From: Acidimicrobiales bacterium
GTDB lineage: Bacteria > Actinomycetota > Acidimicrobiia > Acidimicrobiales > Acidimicrobilacustridaceae
DNA: 64,000 nt
Direction of reading: 5' to 3'
NCBI GenBank assembly: GCA_965279255.1
Contig: OZ257146.1
Span: forward strand, 2,091,219-2,155,218
The notes under the pieces were generated by a model. That model was not told the origin of the DNA. It ran no database searches and saw nothing but the letters and a program-made list of their open reading frames with translations. Shown here piece by piece: positions 18,336 to 28,576 of this stretch. The stretch's first letter is position 1. Every line of letters starts with the position of its first letter. The position numbers were made by a program, and so were the translations under genes.

Positions 18336-18359
18336 GATGGCGGCCCGGAGGCCGCCATC
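18336..18359. terminator. Perfect 10-bp stem / 4-nt loop hairpin between convergent genes
   Basis: GATGGCGGCC cgga GGCCGCCATC. Lies between the transglutaminase stop (18282) and the DUF3040 stop (18388). Confidence 0.65.
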
Positions 18360-18387
18360 GGAGGAAGAACGTCGAGGTTCGGAGGGG

Positions 18388-18768
18388 CTACTCGTCCTCG
18401 GGGCGCTTGAGCCGGTCCTTCAGCTTGGTGCTGGTGTTGCCCAGGGCGTCGCGCAGGCCGGCGGCCTTCATCGACTGGGTCATCTGCTGCATGCCCGCCT
18501 TGCCGAGGCGACGGGCGTTGCGCTCGACCGCCAGGGCCGAGACCAGCATGATCAGGAAGCCACCGAAGGCCAGCAGGTAGGACGTGCCCAGCGTGAGGAT
18601 GAGCACGGCGAGACCGGCCACGAAGCCCAACAGCGACCACTTCAGGTTGCGGTAGGCGTGCGTGTAGACGGTGGTGTCGGCGATGTCGCGAGCCAGTGCC
18701 GGATCGGACTGGTAGAGCTGCTGCTCGATCTCGCTCAGGATGCGCTGTTCGTCCTCGGAGAGCGGCAC
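18388..18768 (-). CDS. DUF3040-like small membrane protein
   Basis: ORF 18388..18825 trimmed to GTG 18768 (AAGGGA 7 nt upstream). (M)PLSEDEQRILSEIEQQLYQSDPALA is followed by two TM helices. Confidence 0.75.
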   Translation of the reverse strand: MPLSEDEQRILSEIEQQLYQSDPALARDIADTTVYTHAYRNLKWSLLGFVAGLAVLILTLGTSYLLAFGGFLIMLVSALAVERNARRLGKAGMQQMTQSMKAAGLRDALGNTSTKLKDRLKRPEDE

Positions 18769-18853
18769 CGGTGGATCCCTTCGCTGAAACTTGTGGTCAT
18801 CTTCCCACCAAAAGCCATCGGTCACAACGCGTGCGACCTGAAATCAGGCTATG

Positions 18854-20211
<1,358 letters not shown>

Positions 20212-20215
<4 letters not shown>

Positions 20216-20787
20216 ACCCGGGTGACGACGAGCGCCGACCGCTCGGTGCCGACGATGCGGTAGCCGAAGCTGCGCTGCCCGGTCCACGGATCGGCGAGCC
20301 ACTCGCCCACCGGCTCGGCGACCCACGGCGAGCCCCCGCTGAGGTGGGCGGCGCAGTCGCCGCTCGGCACCCAGCGGGCCTCCTCGACGATGCCGTCGGG
20401 GTCGGCGATCTCGATCTCGCCCTCCCACTCCGCCGCCTGCCAGGCCTCGACCCGAAGGGTCCAGCCCATGTCGGGGGCGTGGGCCTCGATCTCGTACAGC
20501 AGCCCGGCCCACCGGGTGACGACGAGGCCGGTCTCCTCACGGACCTCACGGGCCAGGCCCTCCACCACGGACTCGCCGTGATCGATGACCCCGCCGGGCG
20601 GCGTCCAGTCGACCGAGCCGTCACGGCGGCGGTTGCGCACGAGCAGGAGCCCCTCGGGCCCCTCGATCACCGCACCCCCGACCAGCCACTCGTGCACCCC
20701 GACAGTCTGCCCGACCGCACGCGGAGAGGGCGCCCATCGGGCGCCCTCGTCACTGTGATCTGTGGCTCCCGGGCCGGGAAGGGGCAC
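20212..20787 (-). CDS. NUDIX hydrolase
   Basis: Nudix box GGVIDHGESVVEGLAREVREETGL. The start at GTG 20787 is uncertain; an internal start near VHEWLVGG is possible. Confidence 0.8.
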
Positions 20788-20790
20788 CCG

Positions 20791-21510
20791 CTACGGGGTG
20801 ACCTCCTGGACGGCCGTGGCCGAGCCGTCGTCGTTGCGCTCCTGCGTGACGGCCGGGGCGATCTCGGGCGGGGGCACCTCGTCGGAGCGCTGGACGCCGG
20901 TGGGGGCGGGCGCCGGACGCGAGTCGTCGCGGAGCACCAGCACGGTGCCGAGCGCCGTCGCCACCACGACCGCACCGGCGATCGGGAGCACGAGCTTGCT
21001 GCGGAACAGCTTCGTGAGCCGGCTCACCTCGGTGGTGGGCTCGGTCATCAGGCCACGGAGGCGGGCCTCCACGTCGGGCTCGGCCAGATCGAGGGCCTTC
21101 GCCAGCACGGCCACGTCGAACCCTCGCAGCACGACCGGGCTGCCGGGGGTGGCCCGGCGGAGGGTGTAGACGAGCGAGAGGTAGGCGCCGAGGACCTCGT
21201 CGGGGGTGGGGGCGCCCTGCAGGGGGACGGCCTCCTCGGCGACGAGGAGCTGCCCGGCCTCGAGGTCGAGGACGACCTGACGGCGGGCGGGGAGGAGCTC
21301 GTCGACGGTGGTGTCGTAGCCCGCCATCACGGTCTGGAGCGACTCCTCGGTGAGCGGGGTCTCGCCCGCCTCGATCGACGCCAGCCGGTCCTCGTCGAGC
21401 CCGCTGCGCTCGGCGACGTCGGCCAACGTCAGCCCCCGTTCGGCGCGGGCGCCGGCGAGGAGCATGCCGAGCCGCTGCGGCGGGACGATGTCGAGAGTTG
21501 CCGTGGTCAC
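20791..21510 (-). CDS. XRE-type HTH protein with a C-terminal TM anchor
   Basis: ORF 20791..21660 trimmed to GTG 21510 (GGAGG just upstream). RLGMLLAGARAERGLTLADVAERSGLDEDRLASIEAGE is an HTH_3-like segment. A later TM helix reads LVLPIAGAVVVATALGTVLVL. Confidence 0.7.
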   Translation of the reverse strand: MTTATLDIVPPQRLGMLLAGARAERGLTLADVAERSGLDEDRLASIEAGETPLTEESLQTVMAGYDTTVDELLPARRQVVLDLEAGQLLVAEEAVPLQGAPTPDEVLGAYLSLVYTLRRATPGSPVVLRGFDVAVLAKALDLAEPDVEARLRGLMTEPTTEVSRLTKLFRSKLVLPIAGAVVVATALGTVLVLRDDSRPAPAPTGVQRSDEVPPPEIAPAVTQERNDDGSATAVQEVTP

Positions 21511-21608
21511 GACCTCCAGTATCGGCCCAGACCGCCCGAAAATGAAGCATCTTCGCGACGGACCAGGATTCAGGACCTTCGGCCCGGCGCGCGATCCGCG
21601 CCTGTGCG

Positions 21609-22343
21609 CTACTCGACCGGGCGGTTGCGGTGCAGCAGGCGGTCGCGGATGGCCCACCACGTGACGAGGCCCAGCGCCTCGAACACGATCCTGCTGGACA
21701 TCTTCGAGGTGCCCCGGACCCGGTCGGTGAAGCTGATCGGGACCTCCACGATGCGCCCACCCCGCCGTGCGACGGCGTAGGCCATCTCGATCTGGAAGCC
21801 GTACCCGTCGGCGGCGACGGTGTCGAGGTCGATGCGGGACAGCATCGGGGCGGCGTAGCAGCGGAAGCCGGCGGTGGCGTCGCGGACCTGGAGGCCCAGC
21901 ATGATCGCCGCGTAGCGGTTGCCACCCCGTGAGAGGTACTCGCGGTGCTTGGGCCAGTCAGGGATGGCCCCGCCCGGCACGTAGCGCGAGCCGATGGCCA
22001 GGTCGGCGCCGCTGTCGACGGCGCTGATGAGCGCGGGCAGGGCGGCCGGGTCGTGCTGGAGGTCGGAGTCCATCTCGATGAGGGCGTCGTACCCGAGGGC
22101 CAGGCCCTGGGCGAAGCCGGCCCGGTAGGCCGACCCCAGACCGGACTTGGCGGCTCGGCGCAGCACCGAGACGCCGCCTCCGTGCTCGCTCCCCCACCCC
22201 TCGGCCAGGTCGGCCGTGCCGTCGGGGCTGCCGTCGTCGACGACGAGGACGTCGGCCTCGGGAACGGCCTCACGGACCCGGTCAAGGACCTCGACGATGT
22301 TCTCTGCCTCGTTGTAGGTCGGCAGCACGATCAGCGGCTTCAC
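21609..22343 (-). CDS. Polyprenol-phosphate mannose synthase-like GT2 glycosyltransferase
   Basis: C-terminal 244 aa of ORF 21609..23078, starting at GTG 22343. Motifs: LIVLPTYNEAENI, VVDDGSPDGT, EMDSDLQHDP, GFRCY. Confidence 0.85.
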   Translation of the reverse strand: MKPLIVLPTYNEAENIVEVLDRVREAVPEADVLVVDDGSPDGTADLAEGWGSEHGGGVSVLRRAAKSGLGSAYRAGFAQGLALGYDALIEMDSDLQHDPAALPALISAVDSGADLAIGSRYVPGGAIPDWPKHREYLSRGGNRYAAIMLGLQVRDATAGFRCYAAPMLSRIDLDTVAADGYGFQIEMAYAVARRGGRIVEVPISFTDRVRGTSKMSSRIVFEALGLVTWWAIRDRLLHRNRPVE

Positions 22344-22406
22344 GGGCGCAACTGTACGGGCGGTGATGGGGGCCCGGGGCGCACCCCGCGGGGCCGGCCC
22401 CGTACC

Positions 22407-22784
22407 ATGGCTCCGATGCCCGATCCCGCCTCCCCCCGATCCCGCTCCGGAGCCGCCCCGCCCGCCGGTGGGCCCGCCGCCACGCGCACCGCCCTCCCCT
22501 CCGTGGGCGCCCGTGTGCTCGCCTTCGCCGCCATCCTGCTGGCCGGCGCCGCTGGTGGCTTCATCGGCTACGCCTTCATCGACCTGCAGACGACCGGCGA
22601 CAACACCCTCGCCGTCGGCATCGGCGCCCTGGTCGGCGCCCTGCTGGCCGCCGGCGGCACGGCCGTCGTGGTGGTGCTCACCCTGCGGGCCATGGGCGAG
22701 TGGCGCACGATCCAGGCCAACCGGCCGCCGACCGACGCCACGCCCGGCGGCGGTGGGCTCCGCAAGCCGCCCCGCGTGCGCTGA
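22407..22784 (+). CDS. Small membrane protein (two TM helices)
   Basis: Tail of ORF 21945..22784, starting at ATG 22407. Good codon bias. TM helices VLAFAAILLAGAAGGFIGYAFI and VGIGALVGALLAAGGTAVVVVL. Confidence 0.6.
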   Translation: MAPMPDPASPRSRSGAAPPAGGPAATRTALPSVGARVLAFAAILLAGAAGGFIGYAFIDLQTTGDNTLAVGIGALVGALLAAGGTAVVVVLTLRAMGEWRTIQANRPPTDATPGGGGLRKPPRVR

Positions 22785-22788
22785 CGCG

Positions 22789-23616
22789 ATGACCCTGGAC
22801 GACGCCGACCCCATCCAGCTCCTCGCCCTCGCCGAACGCCTGGCCGCCGAGGCCGCCGCGCTGCTCGTCGACGGACTGGGCCGGGCCCGGTCCACGGTCG
22901 ACACCAAGTCGACCGGCACCGACATGGTCACCGAGATGGACCGCGCCTCGGAGCGCCTCATCGTCGAAGGCCTCCGCGACGCCCGGCCCGACGACGGCAT
23001 CCTCGGCGAGGAGGGCACCGACCAGGCCGGCACCACCGGGGTGCGATGGGTGGTCGACCCCCTCGACGGCACCACCAACTACCTCTACGCCCACGCCGGC
23101 TTCGCCGTGTCGATCGGCGTGCAGATCGACGGCGTCACCGTGGCCGGGGTGGTCCACGACCCACTCCACGCCGACGTGTTCACCGCCACCCTCGGGGGCG
23201 GGGCCTTCCGCAACGGCCGGCCGATCGTCGCCTCCGCCGAGACCGACCTGAGCCGCGCCCTCGTCGCCACGGGCTTCTCGTACCGACCCGAGCGGCGCGA
23301 GCTGCAGGCGGCCGTGCTCACCCGCATCCTCCCCAAGGTCCGCGACATCCGCCGCATGGGCGCGGCCTCTGTCGACCTCTGCTCGGTGGCCCACGGCCGC
23401 GCCGACGCCTACTACGAGCGCGGGCTCCAGCCGTGGGACCACGTCGCCGGTGCCCTGGTGGCCCGCGAGGCCGGCGCTCTGGTCGGCCACCTGAACGGTG
23501 GGCCAGAGGACGACGACTTCGTCCTCGCCGCCCCGCCCGCGCTGTACGAGCCCCTGCGGGCCCTGCTGGCCGAGGCCGGCGCCGCCGACGCGTGGCCGGT
23601 GCCCGACGAGAGCTAG
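22789..23616 (+). CDS. Inositol monophosphatase-family protein (SuhB/ImpA/HisN-like)
   Basis: Starts at ATG 22789. Motifs: GEEG, WVVDPLDGTTNY, MGAASVDLCSVAHGRADAYYE, WD. Confidence 0.9.
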   Translation: MTLDDADPIQLLALAERLAAEAAALLVDGLGRARSTVDTKSTGTDMVTEMDRASERLIVEGLRDARPDDGILGEEGTDQAGTTGVRWVVDPLDGTTNYLYAHAGFAVSIGVQIDGVTVAGVVHDPLHADVFTATLGGGAFRNGRPIVASAETDLSRALVATGFSYRPERRELQAAVLTRILPKVRDIRRMGAASVDLCSVAHGRADAYYERGLQPWDHVAGALVAREAGALVGHLNGGPEDDDFVLAAPPALYEPLRALLAEAGAADAWPVPDES

Positions 23617-23631
23617 TGCTGTGACAGGGAG

Positions 23632-24063
23632 CTAGTCCCCTCGGGTCCAGTTCCGCACCAGGGCACGGGCCCGGCGGGCGACGCGGTCGCCTCCGGGAGC
23701 CGACTCGCCCTGGTCGATGCGGTGCTCCTCGGCGATCAAGTGGTTCACGACCGTGAGGGGCTCACGCCGGCAGAACGCCCGGCACAGCTCGACGGCCTCG
23801 GCCGCCGGCACGGCGACCAGGCCGTCGGTGACGTGGCGCGAGGCGACGAGCTCGACACCGGCGCGGCGGGCGAAGCGCTGCACCGAGGTGACCCGGCCTT
23901 CGAGGGCACAGGTGCCGATGGCGAACCAGACGTCGAGGTCAGCGTTGGCGTCGATCACGAGGTCGAGGGCCCGGATGGTGATGTCATCGAGGCGCTTCCC
24001 GTCGGCCAGCGGACGGAGGGCGGCCAGGTCGTCGGTCATGGTGAGCTCCATCAGGCCTGTCAT
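23632..24063 (-). CDS. Hypothetical protein
   Basis: 143-aa ORF with coding-type codon bias. No family recognised. Alternative starts at 24051 and 24039. Confidence 0.5.
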   Translation of the reverse strand: MTGLMELTMTDDLAALRPLADGKRLDDITIRALDLVIDANADLDVWFAIGTCALEGRVTSVQRFARRAGVELVASRHVTDGLVAVPAAEAVELCRAFCRREPLTVVNHLIAEEHRIDQGESAPGGDRVARRARALVRNWTRGD

Positions 24064-24220
24064 GTAGAAGTCATCGGCACGAGGCGCGCAGAAGTGAATG
24101 GTTGCCCGTCAAACCACACGAGTGAGGGATGACACCATCGGGAGCGGGAGCGCCCTCGCCGAGAAATACGGGGGAAAGCACCGCGCGAAGGGCCCGGATC
24201 GGGCACCATTGGCCCCAGCT

Positions 24221-24901
24221 ATGGGCACCCGCATCCTCACCGTCGAAGACGACGAGCGCATCCGCACGGCCGTCAAGATGGCCCTCGAGGACGAGGGCTG
24301 GGTGGTCGAGGAGGCCGACACGGGTGAGGAGGCGCTCCAGGCGTTCACCCGCAACCCGGCCGACGTGGTGCTGATCGACATCATGCTGCCCGGCATCGAC
24401 GGTTTCGACGTGTGCCGCTCGATCCGCCGAGCGAGCGACGTCCCGATCGTCATGGTCACCGCCCGCGCCGACACCCACGACGTGGTCGCCGGCCTCGAGG
24501 CCGGTGCCGACGACTACCTCACCAAGCCGTTCGCCCCCAAGGAGCTGTCGGCCCGCATCCGGGCCCTGCTGCGCCGGGCCCGCACGGCCGACCCCACCGT
24601 CACCCACCTCCGGTTCGGTGACCTCGAGATCGTCCCCGACGAGGGCGTCGTGCTCCGCGACGGCGTCGAGGTGCACCTCACCAAGACCGAGTTCCGCCTC
24701 CTCGTCGAGCTGGCGTCGAGCCCGGGCCGGGTGTTCAGCCGCGAGGTCCTGCTCGAGCGGGTCTGGGGCTACGGCTACTTCGGCGACGGACGCCTCGTCG
24801 ACGTGCACGTCCGTCGGCTCCGCATGAAGGTCGAGGCCGATCCGGCCAACCCGCGCCACGTCATCACCGTGCGGGGCCTCGGCTACAAGCTCCAGCAGTA
24901 G
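24221..24901 (+). CDS. mtrA: OmpR-family response regulator MtrA
   Basis: Starts at ATG 24221. Motifs: RILTVEDDERIR, VLIDIMLPGIDGFDVC, KPF, and the winged helix TKTEFRLLVELA...VHVRRLRMKVE...TVRGLGYKL. An mtrB-like kinase follows. Confidence 0.9.
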   Translation: MGTRILTVEDDERIRTAVKMALEDEGWVVEEADTGEEALQAFTRNPADVVLIDIMLPGIDGFDVCRSIRRASDVPIVMVTARADTHDVVAGLEAGADDYLTKPFAPKELSARIRALLRRARTADPTVTHLRFGDLEIVPDEGVVLRDGVEVHLTKTEFRLLVELASSPGRVFSREVLLERVWGYGYFGDGRLVDVHVRRLRMKVEADPANPRHVITVRGLGYKLQQ

Positions 24902-24911
24902 GCCCCTCCCC

Positions 24912-26585
24912 GTGGCCCCGGACGACAGCAGCCCGCGCCCGCCGGTGCCCGAGGGACGACCGGTCGAGACCCGGCCCGTCGAGACCAGACCCGTCGACTC
25001 GCGGCCCATCACCCCGTTGCCGAGCGACGGTCGCGCCGGCGACGCCAAGTCCGGCACGTCCGGGTCGACCAAGTCCGCCCCGTCGGGAGCGGCCGGGGCC
25101 AGCTCGGAGAACCGGCCGGTGCAGGCCCGCACCCGTCGGCGCCGTCGAGCCCGCATCATCGCCCCCGTGCGTCGGGGCATCGGGCTGCGCACCCGCCTCA
25201 CCCTGACCTACGGCCTCGGCGCCGCCCTGCTCGCCGCGGTCATGTCGATCACCACCTTCGGGCTCACCCGCGAGAACCTCATGACCCAGCGCGAGGAGTC
25301 GTCGGTGGCCCGGGCCGTGGCCAACGCCGCCCGCATCGCCAGCCAGCTCCCCAACGGCGCCGGGTCGGTGGCCGTCGAGAAGGTCCTCACCGGCCTGCCC
25401 ACACCCGAGGGCGCCCAGCCCGTCCTGCACTACCAGGGCCAGTGGTACGCCACGAACACCATCGACTTCGGGGAGCGGGCCATCCCCGACTCGCTCAAGG
25501 CGATGGTCGACGGTGGCCAGCCCGCCCGCATGCGCGCCACCTACCTCGACGACCCGTACCTCGTCACCGGGGTGCCCATCCCCTCGCTCGGCGCCGAGTA
25601 CTACGAAGGCGTGTCGCTCGCCGACCTCGAGCGCACCCTCGACGGCCTGGCGATCTCCCTGCTCGGTGCCTCCGCCCTCACCACCCTCGCCGGTGCCCTC
25701 GTGGGCTTCTGGGCCAGCCGGCGCGTCTTCGCCCCGCTGCTCGACGTGGGCCAGGCCGCGGAGGCCATCGCCGGCGGGCGCCTCGACACCCGCCTGCCCG
25801 TCGGCGGCGATCCCGACCTCGACCTCATCGCCGAGCCGTTCAACGAGATGGCCCAGGCCCTCGAGGACCGCATCGAGCGCGACGCCCGCTTCGCCTCCGA
25901 GGTCAGCCACGAGCTCCGCTCCCCGCTCATGACCCTCGCCGCCACCGTCGAGGTGCTCGAGAACTCGAGCGACGAGATGCCCGAGCGCGCCCGCACCGCG
26001 CTCGTGCTGCTCTCGGCCGACGTCGACCGGCTCCAGCAGCTGGTCGAGGACCTGCTCGAGATCTCCCGGTTCGACGTGGGCGCCATCAAGCTCCACCTCG
26101 AGGAGGTCCTGGTGGCCGAGATGGTCATCCAGGCCGTGAGCGTCCTCGGCGGCGGTGGCGTGCCGGTGCGCTACGACCCCGACGTCGGCGACGTCGTGGT
26201 CCGCGTCGACAAGCGCCGCTTCGGCCGGGTGATCGCCAACCTGCTCGACAACGCCGAGCGCTACGCCGGCGGGGCCACCGCCATCACCGTCGAGCTGGCC
26301 GACGACAAGGTGCAGATCGCGGTCGAGGACCGCGGCAACGGCGTGCCGGAGGACGAGCGCGACATCATCTTCGACCGCTTCTCCCGCGGCAGCGAGGGCG
26401 GCAACCGCGCCGCCGACACCGGCGTGGGCCTCGGCCTCGCCCTCATCGACGAGCACGTGCGCCTGCACGGCGGACGGGTCTGGGTCGAGGACCGCCGCGA
26501 CGGCGAGTCCGGAGCCCGCTTCGTGGTCGAGCTGCCGATCGTCGAGCCCCCGAAGGACGACACCACGACCGAGGTCCCCGAATGA
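24912..26585 (+). CDS. mtrB: Sensor histidine kinase MtrB (start uncertain)
   Basis: Two TM segments, a HAMP region (AEAIAGGRLDTRL), H-box FASEVSHELRSPL, N-box LDNAERYA, and G-boxes DRGNGVP and GVGLGLAL. Confidence 0.85.
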   Translation: MAPDDSSPRPPVPEGRPVETRPVETRPVDSRPITPLPSDGRAGDAKSGTSGSTKSAPSGAAGASSENRPVQARTRRRRRARIIAPVRRGIGLRTRLTLTYGLGAALLAAVMSITTFGLTRENLMTQREESSVARAVANAARIASQLPNGAGSVAVEKVLTGLPTPEGAQPVLHYQGQWYATNTIDFGERAIPDSLKAMVDGGQPARMRATYLDDPYLVTGVPIPSLGAEYYEGVSLADLERTLDGLAISLLGASALTTLAGALVGFWASRRVFAPLLDVGQAAEAIAGGRLDTRLPVGGDPDLDLIAEPFNEMAQALEDRIERDARFASEVSHELRSPLMTLAATVEVLENSSDEMPERARTALVLLSADVDRLQQLVEDLLEISRFDVGAIKLHLEEVLVAEMVIQAVSVLGGGGVPVRYDPDVGDVVVRVDKRRFGRVIANLLDNAERYAGGATAITVELADDKVQIAVEDRGNGVPEDERDIIFDRFSRGSEGGNRAADTGVGLGLALIDEHVRLHGGRVWVEDRRDGESGARFVVELPIVEPPKDDTTTEVPE

Positions 26586-27208
26586 CGCGGCCGTCGCCCC
26601 GCTGGCTGCTCGCCGGCCTCGTCGCCGCCCTGAGCGTGCTCGCGTCCTGCGGCATCCCCGACGACAGCAAGCCCCGCGAGATCTCTCGTGAGGCGCTGCC
26701 GCCCGAGCTCATCGACCCCGCGTCGACGGACACGTCGGTGCCCAGCGACGCCGCCTCCCGCTTCGTCACCCTCTACCTGGTCCAGGGCGACGACACGGCG
26801 GGCGACGCCCTGGTGGGCGTGCGCCGCGAGGTCGCCGTGCCCACCGACACCGCCGACCTCCCCCGGGCGGTGGCCGAGGCCCTCATCGCCGCCCGCCCCG
26901 ACGAGCTCGGTCGGGCCGACCTGGTCAACGCCCTCCCCTCCGACGTGCAGGTGCGCTCGGCCGTGGTCGGCGCCGACGGCGTGCTCGACCTCGACCTCAC
27001 CAACCTCGGCAACGTCGAGAGCTCGCTGCAACGCCTCGCGGTGGCCCAACTGGTGTTCACCCTCACCGACCTCTCCGTCCCCCAGGTCAGCGCGGTGCGG
27101 TTCTCGATCGACGGCGAGGAGGTCGCGGTGCCACTCGAGGGAGGCGTCGCCCCCGCCGGCGCACCGGTCAGCCGCGCCGACGAGCCCCCGTTGCTCTCGC
27201 GCCCGTAG
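26582..27208 (+). CDS. LpqB-position lipoprotein, short form (GerMN-like part only)
   Basis: ATG 26582 forms an ATGA overlap with the mtrB stop. Signal peptide plus lipobox LSVLASCG. Only 208 aa; a convergent gene ends at 27239, 31 nt downstream. Confidence 0.7.
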   Translation: MTRPSPRWLLAGLVAALSVLASCGIPDDSKPREISREALPPELIDPASTDTSVPSDAASRFVTLYLVQGDDTAGDALVGVRREVAVPTDTADLPRAVAEALIAARPDELGRADLVNALPSDVQVRSAVVGADGVLDLDLTNLGNVESSLQRLAVAQLVFTLTDLSVPQVSAVRFSIDGEEVAVPLEGGVAPAGAPVSRADEPPLLSRP

Positions 27209-27238
27209 GCCGCATCGACCGTCGCCCGCCGGTCCGGC

Positions 27239-28576
27239 TCAGCCGTGTTCGACGTCGGCGTCGAGGCCCAGGGCCTCGACCAGAGCCAGCCGCTGCAGCT
27301 TCCCGGTGCTGGTGTGGGGCAGCTCGTCGACCACGAACACGTCCTTCGGGCACTTGTAGGCGGCGAGGTGGGCACGGGCGTGCTCGATGACCTGGCCGGG
27401 CGTGGCATCGCCCACGACCGCGGCGCACACCCGCTGGCCCCACCGCTCGTCATCGACACCGAACACCGCGGCCTCCCGCACCCCGGGGGCCTCGACCAGG
27501 ACGTGCTCGACCTCGGCCGGGTAGACGTTCACCCCACCGGTGATCACGAGGTCGTCGCGGCGACCCTCCAGGTAGAGGAAGCCGTCGTCGTCGAGGCGGC
27601 CGAGGTCGCCGACGGTGAAGGCGTCCCCGCGCCAGGCCGCGGCCGTGCGCTCGGGATCACGCCAGTACTCGAACCGGGCGTAGCCGGGGGCGTCGCACCA
27701 GATCACGCCGTCGTCGGCGACCGCCAGGCGCCGGTGGGGGCGCGCCCGGCCGACCGTGCCGGGTCGGGCCTCCCAGTCGGCGCTGGGGCAGGCGGTGAAC
27801 TGACCTTCGGTGGAGCCGTAGAACTCCCAGACCGAACCGGCGGGGAACGCCTCGATGGCCGCCCGCTTGAGCGGGGGCGGGCACGGCGCCCCGGCGTGGG
27901 CGAGGAGCCGGAACGACGAGAGGTCGGGCGGGCCCGTCGCCTCGCTCGACGCGAACAGGCGCTGGAGGTGGGCCGGCACCATGAACGCGGAGGTGGGCCG
28001 GTGCTCGGCGATCGCCGTGGCGGCCAGCGCCGCGTCGAACCTGGTGAGGATGACCAGGGAGCCACCGGCGAGCAGGGTGCCGCCGCCGAAGCGGATGGGT
28101 GCCGAGTGGTGCATCGGCGAGCACACCAGGTGCACGTCGGCGCGCTCGAAGCCCCACAGCTCGGCCTCCTCGGCGGCGAGGGCGCGGGCGTCGGCCTCAC
28201 CGAGCACCCCCGACCACACGCCCTTCGGCCGGCCGGTGGTGCCCGACGTGTAGTGCATGGGGCGGGCGAGGGGCACCGGCGCGAGGTCGACAGGCGGTCC
28301 CGTCATCAGCTCGGCCAGCACGGCGTCGTCGACCACCAGGGCGGGCTCGGCGTCGCCGAGCACGAGGTCACGTTCCTCTGCGAGCAACGCCGGGTTGAGC
28401 GGCACCGGCACGACCCCGACCCGCAGTGCGCCGAGCACCGCCGACAACATGGCGCCGCTGCTCGTCGTGACGAACGCGACCCGCTCCCCCGCCCCGATGC
28501 CGCGCGCGGCCAGGGCCCCGGCGACGCGGCGCTGCTGGTCCTCCGAGGCCTCCGCCGTGAGCAGCTCGACGGTCAC
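27239..28576 (-). CDS. Acyl-CoA synthetase / AMP-dependent ligase
   Basis: C-terminal 445 aa of ORF 27239..29599, starting at GTG 28576 (GTGA overlap). Motifs: HYTSGTTGRPKGV, EFYGSTE, TGDLGRLDDDGFLYLEGRRDDLVITGGVNVYPAEVE, PHTSTGK. Confidence 0.85.
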   Translation of the reverse strand: MTVELLTAEASEDQQRRVAGALAARGIGAGERVAFVTTSSGAMLSAVLGALRVGVVPVPLNPALLAEERDLVLGDAEPALVVDDAVLAELMTGPPVDLAPVPLARPMHYTSGTTGRPKGVWSGVLGEADARALAAEEAELWGFERADVHLVCSPMHHSAPIRFGGGTLLAGGSLVILTRFDAALAATAIAEHRPTSAFMVPAHLQRLFASSEATGPPDLSSFRLLAHAGAPCPPPLKRAAIEAFPAGSVWEFYGSTEGQFTACPSADWEARPGTVGRARPHRRLAVADDGVIWCDAPGYARFEYWRDPERTAAAWRGDAFTVGDLGRLDDDGFLYLEGRRDDLVITGGVNVYPAEVEHVLVEAPGVREAAVFGVDDERWGQRVCAAVVGDATPGQVIEHARAHLAAYKCPKDVFVVDELPHTSTGKLQRLALVEALGLDADVEHG

